Below, one piece after another: positions 12,505 through 30,142 of a stretch of DNA of 64,000 nucleotides. Below the pieces are notes generated by a model, which saw nothing but the letters and a program-made list of their open reading frames with translations, did not search any database and was not told the DNA's origin. The stretch comes from Eledone cirrhosa (taxonomy: Eukaryota): contig OZ024748.1 of the NCBI GenBank assembly GCA_964016885.1, positions 47,678,001 to 47,742,000 on the forward strand, in the 5' to 3' direction. Position numbers and translations under genes: made by a program. Each line of letters starts with the position of its first letter. Position 1 is the stretch's first letter.

Positions 12505-15265
12505 GGTGTGTATATATACATACATACAAGTGTATGTACACATATATACATGTGTGTATATATACATATATGCATGTTTGTGTGTGTATATATATATACA
12601 TATACACATATATACATGTGTGTATATATACATATATACATGTTTGTGTGCGTATATATATACATATATACATGTTTGCGTGTGTATATATACATACAAG
12701 TGTATGTACACATATATACATGTGTGTATATATACATATAGGCATGTTTGTGTGTGTATATATATATACATATATACATGTTTGCGTGTGTATATATACA
12801 TACATACAAGTGTATGTACACATATATACATGTTTGTATATATACAAATAGGCATGTTTGTGTGTGTATATATATATACATATATACATGTTTGCGTGTG
12901 TATATATACATACATACAAGTGTATGTACACATATATACATGTGTATATATATACATATATACATGTTTGTGTGTGTATATATATACATATATACATGTT
13001 TGCGTGTGTATATATATACATATATACATGTTTGCGTGTGTATATATACATATATATGTGTATATATACATGTGTATATAAACAAACATATGTGTGTACA
13101 TATACATATATGTGTGTATATATACATACATACAAGTGTATGTACACATATATACATGTGTGTATATATACATATATACATGTTTGTGTGTGTATATATA
13201 TACATATATACATGTTTGCGTGTGTATATATATACATATATACATGTTTGCGTGTGTATATATATACATATATACATGTTTGCGTGTGTATATATACATG
13301 TGTATATAAACAAACATATGTGTGTACATATACATATATGTGTGTATATATACATACATACAAGTGTATGTACACATATATACATGTGTGTATATATACA
13401 TATATACATGTTTGTGTGTGTATATATATACATATATACATGTTTGCGTGTGTATATATATACATATATACATGTTTGCGTGTGTGTATATACATATATA
13501 CATGTTTGTGTGTGTATATATATACATATATACATGTTTGCGTGTGTATATATACATATATATGTGTATATATACATGTGTATATAAACAAACATATGTG
13601 TGTACATATACATATATGTGTGTATATATACATACATACAAGTGTATGTACACATATATACATGTGTGTATATATACATATAGGCATGTTTGTGTGTGTA
13701 TATATATACATATATACATGTTTGTGTGTGTATATATATACATATATACATGTTTGCGTGTGTATATATATACATATATACATGTTTGTGTGTGTATATA
13801 TATACATATATACATGTTTGCGTGTGTATATATACATATATATGTGTATATATACATGTGTATATAAACAAACATATGTGTGTACATATACATATATGTG
13901 TGTATATATACATACATACAAGTGTATGTACACATATATACATGTGTGTATATATACATATATACATGTTTGTGTGTGTATATATATACATATATACATG
14001 TTTGCGTGTGTATATATATACATATATACATGTTTGCGTGTGTATATATATATATACATATATACATGTTTGCGCGTGTATATATACATATATATGTGTA
14101 TATATACATGTGTATATAAACAAACATATGTGTGTACATATACATATATGTGTGTATATATACATACATACAAGTGTATGTACACATATATACATGTGTG
14201 TATATATACATATAGGCATGTTTGTGTGTGTATATATATACATATATACATGTTTGCGTGTGTATATATATACATATATACATGTTTGCGTGTGTATATA
14301 TACATGTGTATATAAACAAACATATGTGTGTACATATACATATATGTGTGTATATATACATACATACAAGTGTATGTACACATATATACATGTGTGTATA
14401 TATACATATATACATGTTTGTGTGCATATATATATACATATATACATGTTTGCGTGTGTATATATACATACATACAAGTGTATGTACACATATATACATG
14501 TGTGTATATATACATATAGGCATGTTTGTGTGTGTATATATATATACATATATACATGTTTGCGTGTGTATATATACATACATACAAGTGTATGTACACA
14601 TATATACATGTGTGTATATATACATATATACATGTTTGTGTGTGTATATATATACATATATACATGTTTGCGTGTGTATATATATACATATATACATGTT
14701 TGCGTGTGTGTATATACATATATACATGTTTGTGTGTGTATATATATACATATATACATGTTTGCGTGTGTATATATACATATATATGTGTATATATACA
14801 TGTGTATATAAACAAACATATGTGTGTACATATACATATATGTGTGTATATATACATACATACAAGTGTATGTACACATATATACATGTGTGTATATATA
14901 CATATAGGCATGTTTGTGTGTGTATATATATACATATATACATGTTTGTGTGTGTATATATATACATATATACATGTTTGCGTGTGTATATATATACATA
15001 TATACATGTTTGCGTGTGTATATATATACATATATACATGTTTGCGTGTGTATATATACATATATACATGTTTGCGTGTGTATATATACATATATACATG
15101 TTTGCGTGTGTATATATACATATATAGGTGTATATAAACAAACATATGTGTGTACATATACATATATGTGTGTATATATACTTATATATGTGTATATATA
15201 CATATATATGTGTGTATATACATGTATATATGTGTATATATAAATATATATATGTGTATATATAC
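12505..15265. repeat. Complex TA/TG/CA minisatellite with modular higher-order units
   Basis: Recurrent modules CATGTTTGCGTGTG, CATACAAGTGTATG and TAAACAAACATATG. Confidence 0.95.
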
Positions 15266-15314
15266 ATGTGAGTGTGTCTGTCGACATTAACAAGTTATAA
15301 CAAGGAAGAGGACC

Positions 15315-17462
15315 AAGTGGTAGTGCTGCTGCTGATGATGGTGGTGCTGGTGCTGCTGTTGATGGTGGTGGTAGTGGTGGTGGTAGTGCTGCTGATGGTG
15401 GTGGTGGTGATGGTAATGCTGCTGATGGTGTTGGTGGTGGTAGTGCTGCTGCTGGTGGTGGTGGTGGTGCTGCTGCTGCTGCTGCTGCTGGTGGTGGTGG
15501 TGGTGGTGGTGGTGCTGCTGCTGATGGTGGTGGTGGTGGTGGCGGTGGTAGTGCTGCTGATGGTGGTGATGGCGGTGGTGGTGGCGGGGGGTTAGTGCTG
15601 CTGCTGCTGGTGATGGTGGTGTTGGTAGTGCTGCTGGTGATGGCGGTGGTGTTGGTGGGGCTGCTGTTGATGGTGGGGGTGGTGTTGGTAGTGCTGGTGC
15701 TGCTGTTGATGGCAGGGGTGGTGGTAGTGCTGCTGACGATGGTAGTGGTGCTGCTGCTGTTGATGGTGGATGGTGGGGGGGCGGGGGGGGGGGGTAGTGC
15801 TGCTTGATGTCAAATTGGAAAAGTTCCTTATTTTTAAGGTTTCACCAAGTTAATAATGTTGTTGGTGTTGCTGCTGTTGGTGGTGGTGGTGGAGGAGGTG
15901 GTGGAGGAGGTGGTGGAGGTGGTGGTGGATATGGAGGTGGTGGATATGGAGGTGGTGAAGGCGGTGGTGGAGGCAGTGGTGGTAGAGGCAGTGGTGGTGG
16001 TGGTGGAGGTGGTGGTGGAGGTGGTAGTGGAGGTGGTGGTGGATATGGAGGTGGTGGATATGGAGGTGGTGGAGGAGGTGGTGGAGGCAGTGGTGGTAGA
16101 GGCAGTGGTGGTGGTGGTGGAGGTGGTGGTGGAGGTGGTAGTGGAGGTGGTGGTGGAGGTGGTGGTGGATATGGAGGTGGTGGATATGGAGGTGGTGAAG
16201 GCGGTGGTGGAGGCAGTGGTGGTAGAGGCAGTGGTGGTGGTGGTGGAGGTGGTGGTGGAGGTGGTAGTGGAGGTGGTGGTGGATATGGAGGTGGTGGATA
16301 TGGAGGTGGTGGAGGCGGTGGTGGAGGCAGTGGTGGTAGAGGCAGTGGTGGTGGTGGTGGAGGTGGTGGTGGAGGTGGTAGTGGAGGTGGTGGTGGAGGC
16401 AGTGGTGGTAGAGGCAGTGGTGGTGGTGGAGGAAGTGGTGGAGGTGGTGGTGGAGGTGGTAGTGGCGGTGGTGGAGGCAGTGGTGGTGGTGGAGGAAGTG
16501 GTGGAGGTGGTGGTGGAGGCGGTGGTGGAGGTGGTGGTGGTGGATATGGAGGTAGTGGAGATGGAGGTGGTGGAGATGTAGGTAGTGGAGGAGGTGGTGG
16601 AGGTGGTGGTGGTGGAGGTGGTAGTGGAGGTGGTGGTGGAGGTGGTGGAGGTGGAGGAGGTGGTGGAGGTGGTGGAGGTGGTGGTGGAGCTGGTGGTGGA
16701 GGTGGTGGTGGTGGAGGCAGTGGTGGTGGTGGAGGAAGTGGTGGAGGTGGTGGTGGAGGTGGTAGTGGAGGTGGTGGTGGAGGAGGTGGCGGTGGAGGAG
16801 GTGGTGGTGGAGGTGGTGGTGGAGGTGGTGGTGGAGTTGGTGGTGGTGGAGGAGGTGGTGGAGGCGGTGGTGGTGGTGGTGGAGGTGTTATTGGCAAATA
16901 AAACCATCAACATCACTCCCATTATCACCATCATTGTTGCCTAAACTACTGCACACATCACCATCATCATCATAACCACCACCACCACCACCACCATCAT
17001 CACCATCCCCATCATCACTACCACCACCATCATCATCATCACCATCACTACCACCACCATCATCATCATCACAATCATCACCATCACTACCACCACCATC
17101 ACCACCATCACTATCGCCACCCTCATCATCATCATCATCACTATCACCACTACCACCATCATCATCATCACAATCACCACCACCACCATCACCATCACCA
17201 TCACCATCACTACCACCACCACTACCACCACCACCATCACCACCATCACTATCGCCACCCTCATCATCATCATCACTATCACCACCACCACCATCACCAT
17301 CACCATCACCATCACTACCACCACCACTACCACCACCACCATCACCACCATCACTATCGCCACCCTCATCATCATCATCACTATCACCACCACCACCATC
17401 ATCATCATCTCAATCATCACCATAACTACTATCATCATCATCATCATCATCATCAGCTGCTG
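15315..17462. repeat. Trinucleotide arrays: (GGT/GCT)n, (GGA/GGT)n with a 240-bp duplication, then (CAC/CAT)n
   Basis: Lines starting at 15961 and 16201 are identical. Strand composition switches at ~16900. Confidence 0.95.
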
Positions 17463-17842
17463 CTGCTCTTCTGACCTCAGATAAAAACTTGATTATCTCT
17501 TTCATTATTTTGATGTTTTAGAGTTCTACTAATTAACATTTTTTTAATTAGGGTTGTTAATTAGTGTAGTGACATCTAAAGTGTTGTTTAGCCCCAGGAC
17601 AGATCTGGTCTTATACACCACCCTATGACCAATGTGAAACGAAACATCGCCATCTCATCTTTAATGTTCTACTAATTAACCTTGTTAATTAGTGCGCTAA
17701 CTGTTCGGCCCTAGGTCAAATCAGATTCTGTATACCACATGATCAATGTTATCCCAACCATGGCCAACTTTGCTTCTTTAAAGTTCTACTAATTAATCTT
17801 GTTGATTAGACTTGTTAATTAATGTGGTGACAGACAAAATAT

Positions 17843-18410
17843 TGTTTAGCCCTAGGTCACCCCTGAACTTGCAGAACTATGATCAAAGACACCTCAGCCA
17901 TGACCATCCCCATTTTTAAAGTTCCACATTTAAAGCAATTGCAGTTATAATGTTGACATAAAAAGTGTTGTTTAGCCCTAGGTCAGCCTTGTTCTTGCAG
18001 AACTATGATCAAAGACACCTCAGCCATGACCATCCCCCTTTTTAAAGTTCCACATTTAAAGCAATTGCAATTATAATGTGACATAAAAAGTGTTGTTTAG
18101 CCCTAGGTCAGCCTTGATCTTGCAGAACTATGATCAAAGACACCTCAGCCATGACCATCCCCATTTTTAAAGTTCCACATTTAAGGCAATTGCAATTATA
18201 ATGTGACATAAAAAGTGTTGTTTAGCCCTAGGTCAGCCTTGATCTTGCAGAACTATGATCAAAGACACCTCAGCCATGACCATCCCCATTTTTAAAGTTC
18301 CACATTTAAAGCAATTGCAATTATAATGTGACATTAAAAGTTTTGTTTAGCCCTAGGTCAGCCTTGATCTTGCAGAACTATGATCAAAGACACCTCAGCC
18401 ATGACCATCC
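17843..18410. repeat. 125-bp tandem repeat, ~4.6 copies, with diverged flanking units
   Basis: GCCCTAGGTCA starts at 17849, 17975, 18100, 18225 and 18350; degenerate copies near 17590, 17708 and 18445. Confidence 0.95.
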
Positions 18411-20663
18411 ATATAGTGCAGTTGACATAAGAAGTGTTGCTTAAGTCCTAGAACAGCACTAATCATGCATGTTCTATGATAAAAGGGACTCTGAATATGG
18501 TCATCCCAACATCTTCCTATGTGCAGACAACCCCAAACCAGATTAACTATTAAGATATTCAAGTGTGATTTGTAGAAGATATTGCTGCTATTTCTAGCAA
18601 GACTAGTGACTATATAGTGGCTTCTTTGTTGACACAGGATTAAAGAGTAAGTTTAAGAGGTGGTAATTAGTTAGATAGACTATGAAATACATACTCTTTC
18701 CCTTTCTTTCTCTCCTGGTCTCTCTCTCTCTCTCCAAACAAACACACATTTTCTTCTTTCTCTTTTGTTCCCCTCTCATATTCTTTCTTCTCTCTCCTTT
18801 CTTCCCCTCTCTCACACCATCTCTCTCTCTCTCATTTTTTCTGCCTTCCATATATTTCAGTTGAGGAAATCAGAAAAAAAAAAATTAAAAGCAAAAGCAG
18901 TTAGCTACTACTACTACTACTACAACTACTATTAATAATAATAATAATAATAATAATAATGATTTCATTTACAACAACAACACCAACACCAACAACAACA
19001 ACAACAATGAAACATTATTCTGATAAAACATGAAATAGAGAAATTGATAATTTCAAATAAAAATATTTTTTGTAAATTTTTTTCATCTTTTACTTAATTT
19101 TCTTACATGGAATTGAAACCTTCAACCTTTATTTGCCAGTAACCAAAGTCGTTAAAAGGATTTTCTTTTATTTTTTCTCTTATTTCGTGTCTCTTATGAT
19201 AAAAACCAAAATGCCATGTTGGAATTGATGATTCCATTTTTATAGTAATTCTTGTGTTGCTGTTTGGCTTGTATCTAGAGTTTGGCTTTTTTTGTGATGT
19301 GACTTTGAATGTGTGTACATGTGTGTGCGTGTGTATGTGTGTGCGTTTGTGTGTGTGTGTGAATATGTGTTTATGTGTGTGTATATATATGTGTGTTTTG
19401 AGAAAATGAGTATATGTGTATGTATATATGTACATATGTGTGTGTGTGTGTGTGATTATGTATATATATATGTGTGTGTGTGTGCGCTTGTGTGAGTGTA
19501 AGTGTGTGAGATATATCATATATATATTTGTAGATAAGATACAGATTGTGTTACTAAAACAATTATCACAAAAACTGCAAGCAACTTATTTACTGAGCCT
19601 TGCTCTAGGCTTGAAATTCACAGCAAATAACATGTATACACACGAACATGCACACATTGGCAAATTTTTGGGAATATAAAGCAAGTTGGTCATGTATTGT
19701 TCGGTTTCTATGAACAATGGTGTTGTATACAAATATATGTTGATGATATGTAGAAAAGCAGAAATACTTCAATGCTTTCATTCAATGAAATCATCAGGTT
19801 CCCACTCTAGATATTTTATTGTGTGTCCATGTCTGACATGGCATTTCAACGTGAATTACAAGTGCCTGATGGAGCCCATCTCCTCTCCAGGCATCCAGTA
19901 CCACATTGAATTCAGCATGCCACCATAAGCAGTTCTTAGGGTGGAGCTGAAAAATAAGCCAGAGACAAAAGTGAGAATCAAGTGAGAACTGCTGTATCTG
20001 CCAATCTCTAAGGATCCTACTACCAGGCATTAAGGTATTCACTCTAGTCAAACATCATGGTTTCAAGATAATGTTTCTTCAAATTCTGAATAATGGTACG
20101 TCCACTATTGCACTATCACCTCACTCTATTTTCAAATGAATATTAGATAACACTATGTCAAGTATTGAAATAAGATTTCTTTATATCACTGCACTCTATT
20201 TTCAAAGGAATATCAGATAACACGATGTCCAGTATTGAAACTGTTTCTTTAAATTGTTTCACTTTACTTTCAAAGACAGTGATTAATGGCATGTCCTATT
20301 TTGAAATGACAATTCTTTAAAACTTGGATAACATCACATCTGGTATGGAAATAACATAACTTTAAATCACTTCAATATAAGAACATTAGATAATGTTATG
20401 TCCAGTATTGAAATAAAATGTCTTTAAAAATATATAATTAGTATATAATTAGTATATAATTAGTATATAATTAGTATATAATAATGGGAAATGCTTTCAT
20501 TACTATAATTCTAATGAAAGTTACTGCCAATGTGTTTTGAGTAATTTTGAAAATAACAAAAAATTGGGGATAATTTACTAAAATATATTTTCGTTAGTAA
20601 GCTAGTATTTGGAACATTTCTTTAAAATAAAAAGCTACTTAAAGAATGTTATGATGGATGGTT

Positions 20664-20891
20664 TTAACCCTTTAGCATTTGAATTACTCTATATGTACTA
20701 TTGTATTTTTGCAGTAAAGGTTTTACATCACGTAATTATCTCATAATATCGAATCTATGAGATTTTGATATTAATTTATTTTGAGAAGAGTACATTAACA
20801 TCAGTATGAGTGACCGGTTATGGCTGGTTTGAACAGAAAGAGGTGAGAGAATTTTGGCTGGATACAGTCAGCATAAATGCTAGTGGGTTAA
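20664..20891. mobile_element. piggyBac-type MITE
   Basis: TTAA-CCCTTTAGCATTT ... AAATGCTAGTGGG-TTAA: CCC/GGG termini with TTAA duplication. Confidence 0.7.
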
Positions 20892-21997
20892 TGTAATATG
20901 AATACATTAAAGTGAGCAATTTTGCATCAGTGAATTAGGGATGGTTTCAGATGGCTCGGTATAGAAAAAGTTGAGCCAAATTGAATTCTGCTATAAAACA
21001 AACACCAATGATGATAAGTATCCTCATGAATAAATGTATATATTGTTTCTATATGTGCAAAACATATATATGCAGTCTTTTATCAGCCAACTGTAATGTC
21101 AAATGTTGCATAAGCTGTAAGTGAAACAGATGTAATAGAAAAGCACCATTTAATGTTTGTTCTGAACTGAGATCATGCGAAAAACTCTTTACTGTTCCAG
21201 AACATTGCTAGACTGTATTGGCAATGAGCGGGAATTATGTCAGCCTTTTATTTTACAGTTTTTGAAAATCTATTTTATTTAAACACAACAGCAAGCAATG
21301 CTGCAAATGGTATTTACATAAAGCATCTTGTCACAGATATATGTGAAAGGGTAAAGCCCAAGTACTATAAAGACAAATGAGGTATGACCAATCTACTGTT
21401 GTGATTTATGAGGGGAAGAGGATGAATAAATTATTTTGTCTTGGTGATTTTTTATCATCATCATCATATATATATATATATAAATATACACAGAGGTATC
21501 CACAGTAAGTTCACCATTTATTTTGACATTCTTTTTAACTTCACTATGCCAGATACACTCAACTATCAGTTTGACAATCCCTTTCCTCCTAATAGATTTT
21601 TATGCCAATTCTACTATTAACACCATTCAACCATTCCTTTCAAAGGGTCATGACCTCAACTAAAGTATATTACTTTTCATCTTAACACCATATGAAAAAA
21701 ACATTTTGATTCGTTAGTTCTTCAACTACCTCCAAATAAGGACATGATACTAACATACTACTAATTCTGAATAAAATTATTATTGAATAAAATTATTATT
21801 GCTTTTGAAAACAGCTGGTGATATGCATGTAAGTAAATATTCTCTTTATCTGATATTTTGTAACTAACCTTACATAGATCAATAACGGAGTATAGCTACA
21901 ATGTATTATCATCATCTAGAAACGATCGTAAAGCAGTGAAGAATATCTCTAAAGACTTGATTTTTTATTTCATTGTTTTAACTTATATATATATATA

Positions 21998-22225
21998 TCA
22001 TCATCATCATCTTTTTACGTCCGCTTTTCCCTGCTTGCAAGGGTGGGACAGGAACTGAGTCTGGCTTGATTTCTACAGCTGGATGCCCTTCTTAACACCA
22101 ACCTCATTTACAGTGAGTGCTAGGTGCTTTTTTTTTTCCGCGGCGCCTCCATGACGACTTTGCAGTGGAATGATAGGGACCCCAGTCCCTATCATCTCGT
22201 TTCTACAGCTGAGTAAACTGGAGCA
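21998..22225 (-). mobile_element. 5'-truncated CORE-type SINE
   Basis: Matches 45807-46040; ends within the CORE segment, abutting the next LINE. Confidence 0.85.
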
Positions 22226-23100
22226 CCTGATGGGATGATAGAGTTCTTTGAGATACTGGCTGGAGTGCTCCAGGGGGATACATTGGCTCCCTACCTTTTT
22301 ATCATCGTAGTGGACTATTGTATGCGCCTTGCACTGGAGAAACACCAGGACTCTGGCTTTACTGTACCACCGGCTCAGAGCAGGAGAGTTAGGGCGAAAA
22401 AGGTATCAGATGCTGAATTTGCCGACGACATAGTTTTGGTGACAAATACAGTGAAGGAGGCAGAGGATTTGATGGGGGAGGTTGAGACGACTGTGTCGAT
22501 GAGTGTGGGGCTGAGAATGAATGAGACTAAAACAAAATATCTGGTAGAGAATGTTGAGAGGCCAGAGGGGATCACTAATGTAGGCGGGAAGCCGCTAGAA
22601 TTGGTTGAGGGCTTCCTGAGATTGGGAATACGGAAGATGATGTGGTTCAGAGGAAGAGCAAAGCCTGGGCGGCGTGCCACAGCTTGAGATCGGTGTGGAA
22701 GTCGGACCTTCGTAAAGACCTGAAAATCCGTCTCTTCATTGCTGTAGTGGAGTCTGTGCTGCTGTACGGGTCTGAGACTTGGACACTGACCAAGAAACTC
22801 ACTCAGATGATGGATGGGTGCTACACGAGAATGCTGAGGATGGCTCTGAACATTAATCAGTATACACTGAGGATGAAAAACTCAGATCTGTATGGGAGCA
22901 TCCCAAAAGTCAGCTCAAAAGTGACACAGAGGAGACTGGGGTTAGCTGGACATGCGCACCGACATCCAGAGTTGCCATTGCATTCAGTGCTCCTGTGGGA
23001 GCCCCTACATGGACACACTGGAAGAGGAAGACCAAGGTTAACGTATGTTGATGCCCTAAGGACAGACACTGGTCTGTTGGAGACGCAGGACATGGCAGCG
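22226..23100 (+). mobile_element. Non-LTR retrotransposon RT and C-terminal fragment (RTE-like), frameshifted
   Basis: GVLQGDTLAPYLF, FADDIVL, ESVLLYGSETW and GRGRPRLTY motifs in ORFs 22235-22687 and 22642-23232. Confidence 0.88.
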
Positions 23101-25115
23101 ATGTATTTGTTGTACGCTGACAGTTCTGAGGACCATATCTTCTTTACTCTTCTGAGGTATTCAGTTCTGGTTCTCTCCTTATTTATGGGTCCATCATATC
23201 TGACATTCTCATCCTATCCAAGATATCTGTAGTTGTCACCTGACTGTAGAGGTTTTATTGTCAGGCCGTTCATCACTAGATTTCTAGAGGAGGGCTCAGC
23301 CCTTCCATGTTTTACTGCCAAATATGCACACTTGGACTCACCAAATTTCATTTTGATGTCTGTTGAAAATTGTGTAATGAGGTCCAATTGTTTCTTGATG
23401 TCATTGATATTTGGCCCATACAACTTCAGGTCATCAACAAAGAAAAGATGGGAGATAATTCTGGACCCACTTCTTTGTCCACCTTGTTTCCTGAGTAGGT
23501 AAGATAGTGGATTCAGTGAGAGAACGAAGAGTAGCACTGACAAGCTATCACCCTGAAAGATGTCTTCTTATCAGTCTTAACTTGCTCCTTCTCACCTCTA
23601 AGGCTCAAATTGGTGTACCAGTTCTTGGTCAGACGTTCAACAGCAGCTACCAGTGGTTGTGGGACTTTGACTAACTGTAAAGCCTTAACAATCCACCCAT
23701 GAGGTACACTATCAAATGCTTTTTGATAGTCCAGCCACACCACAGTCATGTTTCTGCGATTCTTTGTTGTTTTTTCTTGAATCATTTTATTAGTTAGTAG
23801 GTGATCTATGCAACCCCCCACCTCCCTCTTTCCACCAGCTTGCTCAGGTGTTATGATGTTGTTGGTAGCACAGTGATCCTGTAAGAACAGGTTAAGACAC
23901 CCAGTATATAATTTATACATGATGTTTTGGCAGGCTATTGGGCGGTAATTTTTAGCAAGGGTGGTTTGGCTATTTTGGGGAATGAATGAGAGTAGTGGCA
24001 GTTGATAACCATCTGGGAAGTTCTTGTGTGCCTTTAATGGTTTCTGTAAACAGCCGTATGAGATCTTGCTGATAGAAAGTGAAATTCTTCAACCAGTATC
24101 CTGTAATGAGGTCTGGGCCTGGCAATTTCCTATTCGACATTTTCTGTAGAGCTGTTTCCAGTATTGACCCATCTATGTCATATTGTTTTGTCTGGACATA
24201 TTGGCAGTAGTCCTGTTCCAGTTCTTTTAGCCAATTAGTTAGTCTGTTGAATCCGTCATCCGTTTCCCATACAGATCTCCAGTAGCTCTGAACCTGTTCT
24301 TTTGAAGGGGTGTCATTTACAGAGATTGAGCTTTTGCCACCGAAGCTGCGATAAACTGATTTAGGATCTCTGGCAAACAATCTATTTAGCACTTGTCGTT
24401 TATGTGCTGTTTACTTATATTTTAGTCTTTCTGTTGTAGCTGTGAGTTGTTGTTTCAACTGGTGTAATTTGGAGTTCAAAGTTTTAAATTTTGTATCTCC
24501 AAATCGTCTCTAACTTTTTTTTTAGGTCTTCCTGGTGTCGTGTGAAGTTGCTCTCTATGTTGCATTTCATAACGACTGTGATGTGTGAGATAATTCGTCT
24601 CAGGGACAAAATTTTGCTTTTTAAATTTCGCATCCACGCTGGTTCAGGCTTTTTGTTTGTATCTTGATTGTGTGGTTTTAGATGTGTGTTATATGATAGC
24701 AATGTGACAGTTGAAACATATAACAAAATATTAAGCGTTTCAAATGTCGTTTCTACACCTTTAGATCGTATGGCCTTCAGATAATTGTCAGCTATTTCGT
24801 TCACAGCTTCCAATTCCAATTTAGTGGGTTCTTTACTGATTCTGGTGTTGTATGGTCTGTCACTCACATTAAGGCTGTGTATCTCTTGAAACATATCGTC
24901 CCATATCACTTGAAAGGTGTCCACAAGTTTTTGGTGTTCTGTTTGTACCGTAGAGTCATGAATTTCAGCCTCGTTGTTGATGTGGTGACAATTACTACTA
25001 GAGTTATCTGACCATTCTCGCTGTTCTTCAGTGGAAGTGGGATGGATTTCAGCAAAATTGTTGGTGTGCTGTTCACTGTTAGATTTAGCTGGCCATTCTC
25101 TTTGTATATATGCAT
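23100..25115 (-). mobile_element. Degenerate R4/Dong-like (RLE-type) non-LTR retrotransposon, N-terminal and RT region
   Basis: PGPDLITGYWLK, EQAGG, WLDYQKAFDSVPH, IFQGDSLS and HLFFVDDLKLY motifs across frameshifted ORFs. Confidence 0.8.
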
Positions 25116-25116
25116 C

Positions 25117-25190
<74 letters not shown>

Positions 25191-25197
<7 letters not shown>

Positions 25198-25372
25198 GAC
25201 GTAGAATAAGAAAATTTAAAAAATTAAAAATTAACTTACTTACTAAAATTTTCACTCCATGGAGTGAAAATTTTAGTAAGCAAGTTAATTTTTAAAATTT
25301 TCTTATTTTACGTCTTTCATATAATTGTTCTGCATCCCCCTGCATTGAACCACCTAGGTACTTTGACATAAC
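25191..25372 (+). mobile_element. Fold-back insertion with tail in (TA)n
   Basis: Palindrome centred on TTTCACTCCATGGAGTGAAA (25259/25260), arms 25191-25323, ~50-bp tail. Confidence 0.7.
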
Positions 25373-25429
25373 TTATATATTTACTAGCATTAGTGTACAT
25401 CTGTACGCATATGTTGGTAGATGTATTAA

Positions 25430-28288
<2,859 letters not shown>

Positions 28289-28401
28289 TTTTTTCCGTTG
28301 TGTTGTAATATAAATATTACACACAGTAGATTATCAGCTCACGTAGAGTTTGCTCGACGGTTCCAGTTGTAGTTCCAAAAGTAATCCGGAGAAAAATAGA
28401 A

Positions 28402-28480
<79 letters not shown>

Positions 28481-28499
28481 TATATATATATATATATAT

Positions 28500-29455
28500 T
28501 TCGTTTCTGAATTTGTTTAGCAAGATTCTTTATCTGAAATCGTGTGTTGAAACCGATATTGTTATACTTTGGGATTGTCATGTTGCCAATAAGAAACACA
28601 CGCACCAGTTGTTTCACTTCAATTTATTATATATTTATAAATTTACAAATTTACAAATCTATAAATTTCTGGTTGGTTGGTTGGTTGGTTCAACAACCAG
28701 ATAGTTGTTTATATATAGTCATAGTCCTTTCGTCACACACTCTGTGACCTTTTCAGTGACTGGGGATTCCTTTCTTTGTTTCTGTGCCTTTCCTTTCTTC
28801 TGTCCTACGGGGAACGGATAAATGAACACTGGCGAGACCTTCAAGATAATAAAGAATCATCTGTACTCTACCAACATGCTAAGATAGAACACAAGGGTAA
28901 ATTAGAGAACATAGAAATAAAAATAGAATCTACACACAGAAAAGATGCAATGTTTAGACAAATTACAGAGGCAATAAACATAAAAGAATTACAACCAAAA
29001 TTAAATAGAAAATATGAGTGGAACAGCAACATCACAACTTACAATTAAGGACAAAATGAAAACACACACACACATAGAACAAACAACCAACCAATAACAT
29101 GTAAATAAATAAATAAATAAACAAATAGATAAATGAACATAAACACACACAGACACCCGGATGTGGCGCATGCGCAAACTGAGCACACAACACACACACA
29201 GAAACAAAATGGCGTAGGACAGAAGAAAGGAACGGCACAGAAACAAAGAATGGAATCCCCAGTCACTGAAGAGGTCACAGAGTGTGTGACGAAAGGACTA
29301 TGACTATATATAAACAACTATCTGGTTGTGGAACCAACCAACCAACCAGAAATTTATAGATTTGTAAATTTGTAAATTTATAAATATATAATAAATTGAA
29401 GTGAAAGCAACTGGTGCGTGTGTTTCTTATTGGCAACATGACCCTCCCAAAGTAT

Positions 29456-29461
<6 letters not shown>
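28500..29461 (+). mobile_element. 5'-truncated Penelope-like element: inverted pLTR, GIY-YIG endonuclease C-terminus, pLTR
   Basis: 28809-29048 encodes ERINEH...LYQHAKIEH...RQITEAINIKELQPKLNRK. 28556-28809 is the reverse complement of ~29213-29463. Hammerhead at 29261-29305. TA flanks. Confidence 0.88.
29261..29305 (+). ncRNA. Minimal type I hammerhead ribozyme (CUA cleavage triplet)
   Basis: AGTCA-CTGAAGA-G-GTCAC-AGAGTGT-GTGAC-GAAA-GGAC-TA-TGACT; stems I and II are paired. Confidence 0.8.
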
Positions 29462-29494
<33 letters not shown>

Positions 29495-29530
29495 TATATA
29501 TATATATACATCTATATATATATATATACA

Positions 29531-29620
<90 letters not shown>

Positions 29621-29819
29621 TATATATATATATATACATCTATATATATTTATATATAAAGAATGAATAATAACAGGTAGACATCATAAAAAGGTAATTT
29701 ATTCCGTGTGCTTACAAGTGTTTCCACGGTGGTACTGCAGCCTAGTTATGCTACGTGCAAATTCACAAGTACTTGCAGAACTCAAATATCCAATGCTGTG
29801 ACCACTGTTTCCTTAGAGC

Positions 29820-29894
<75 letters not shown>

Positions 29895-29896
29895 CA

Positions 29897-29946
<50 letters not shown>

Positions 29947-30095
29947 CATATATATATATATACATATATACATATACATATATATACATATATCCATACA
30001 TATATATATATACATATATATATATACATATATATGTATACATATATATGTATATATATACATATATATATATACATATATATGTATATATATAC

Positions 30096-30142
<47 letters not shown>

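Noticed and set aside
12454-15293. ORFs of about 900 aa rich in Y/I/H/T/C
   Set aside because: Translations of a dinucleotide-based minisatellite that is open in several frames on both strands.
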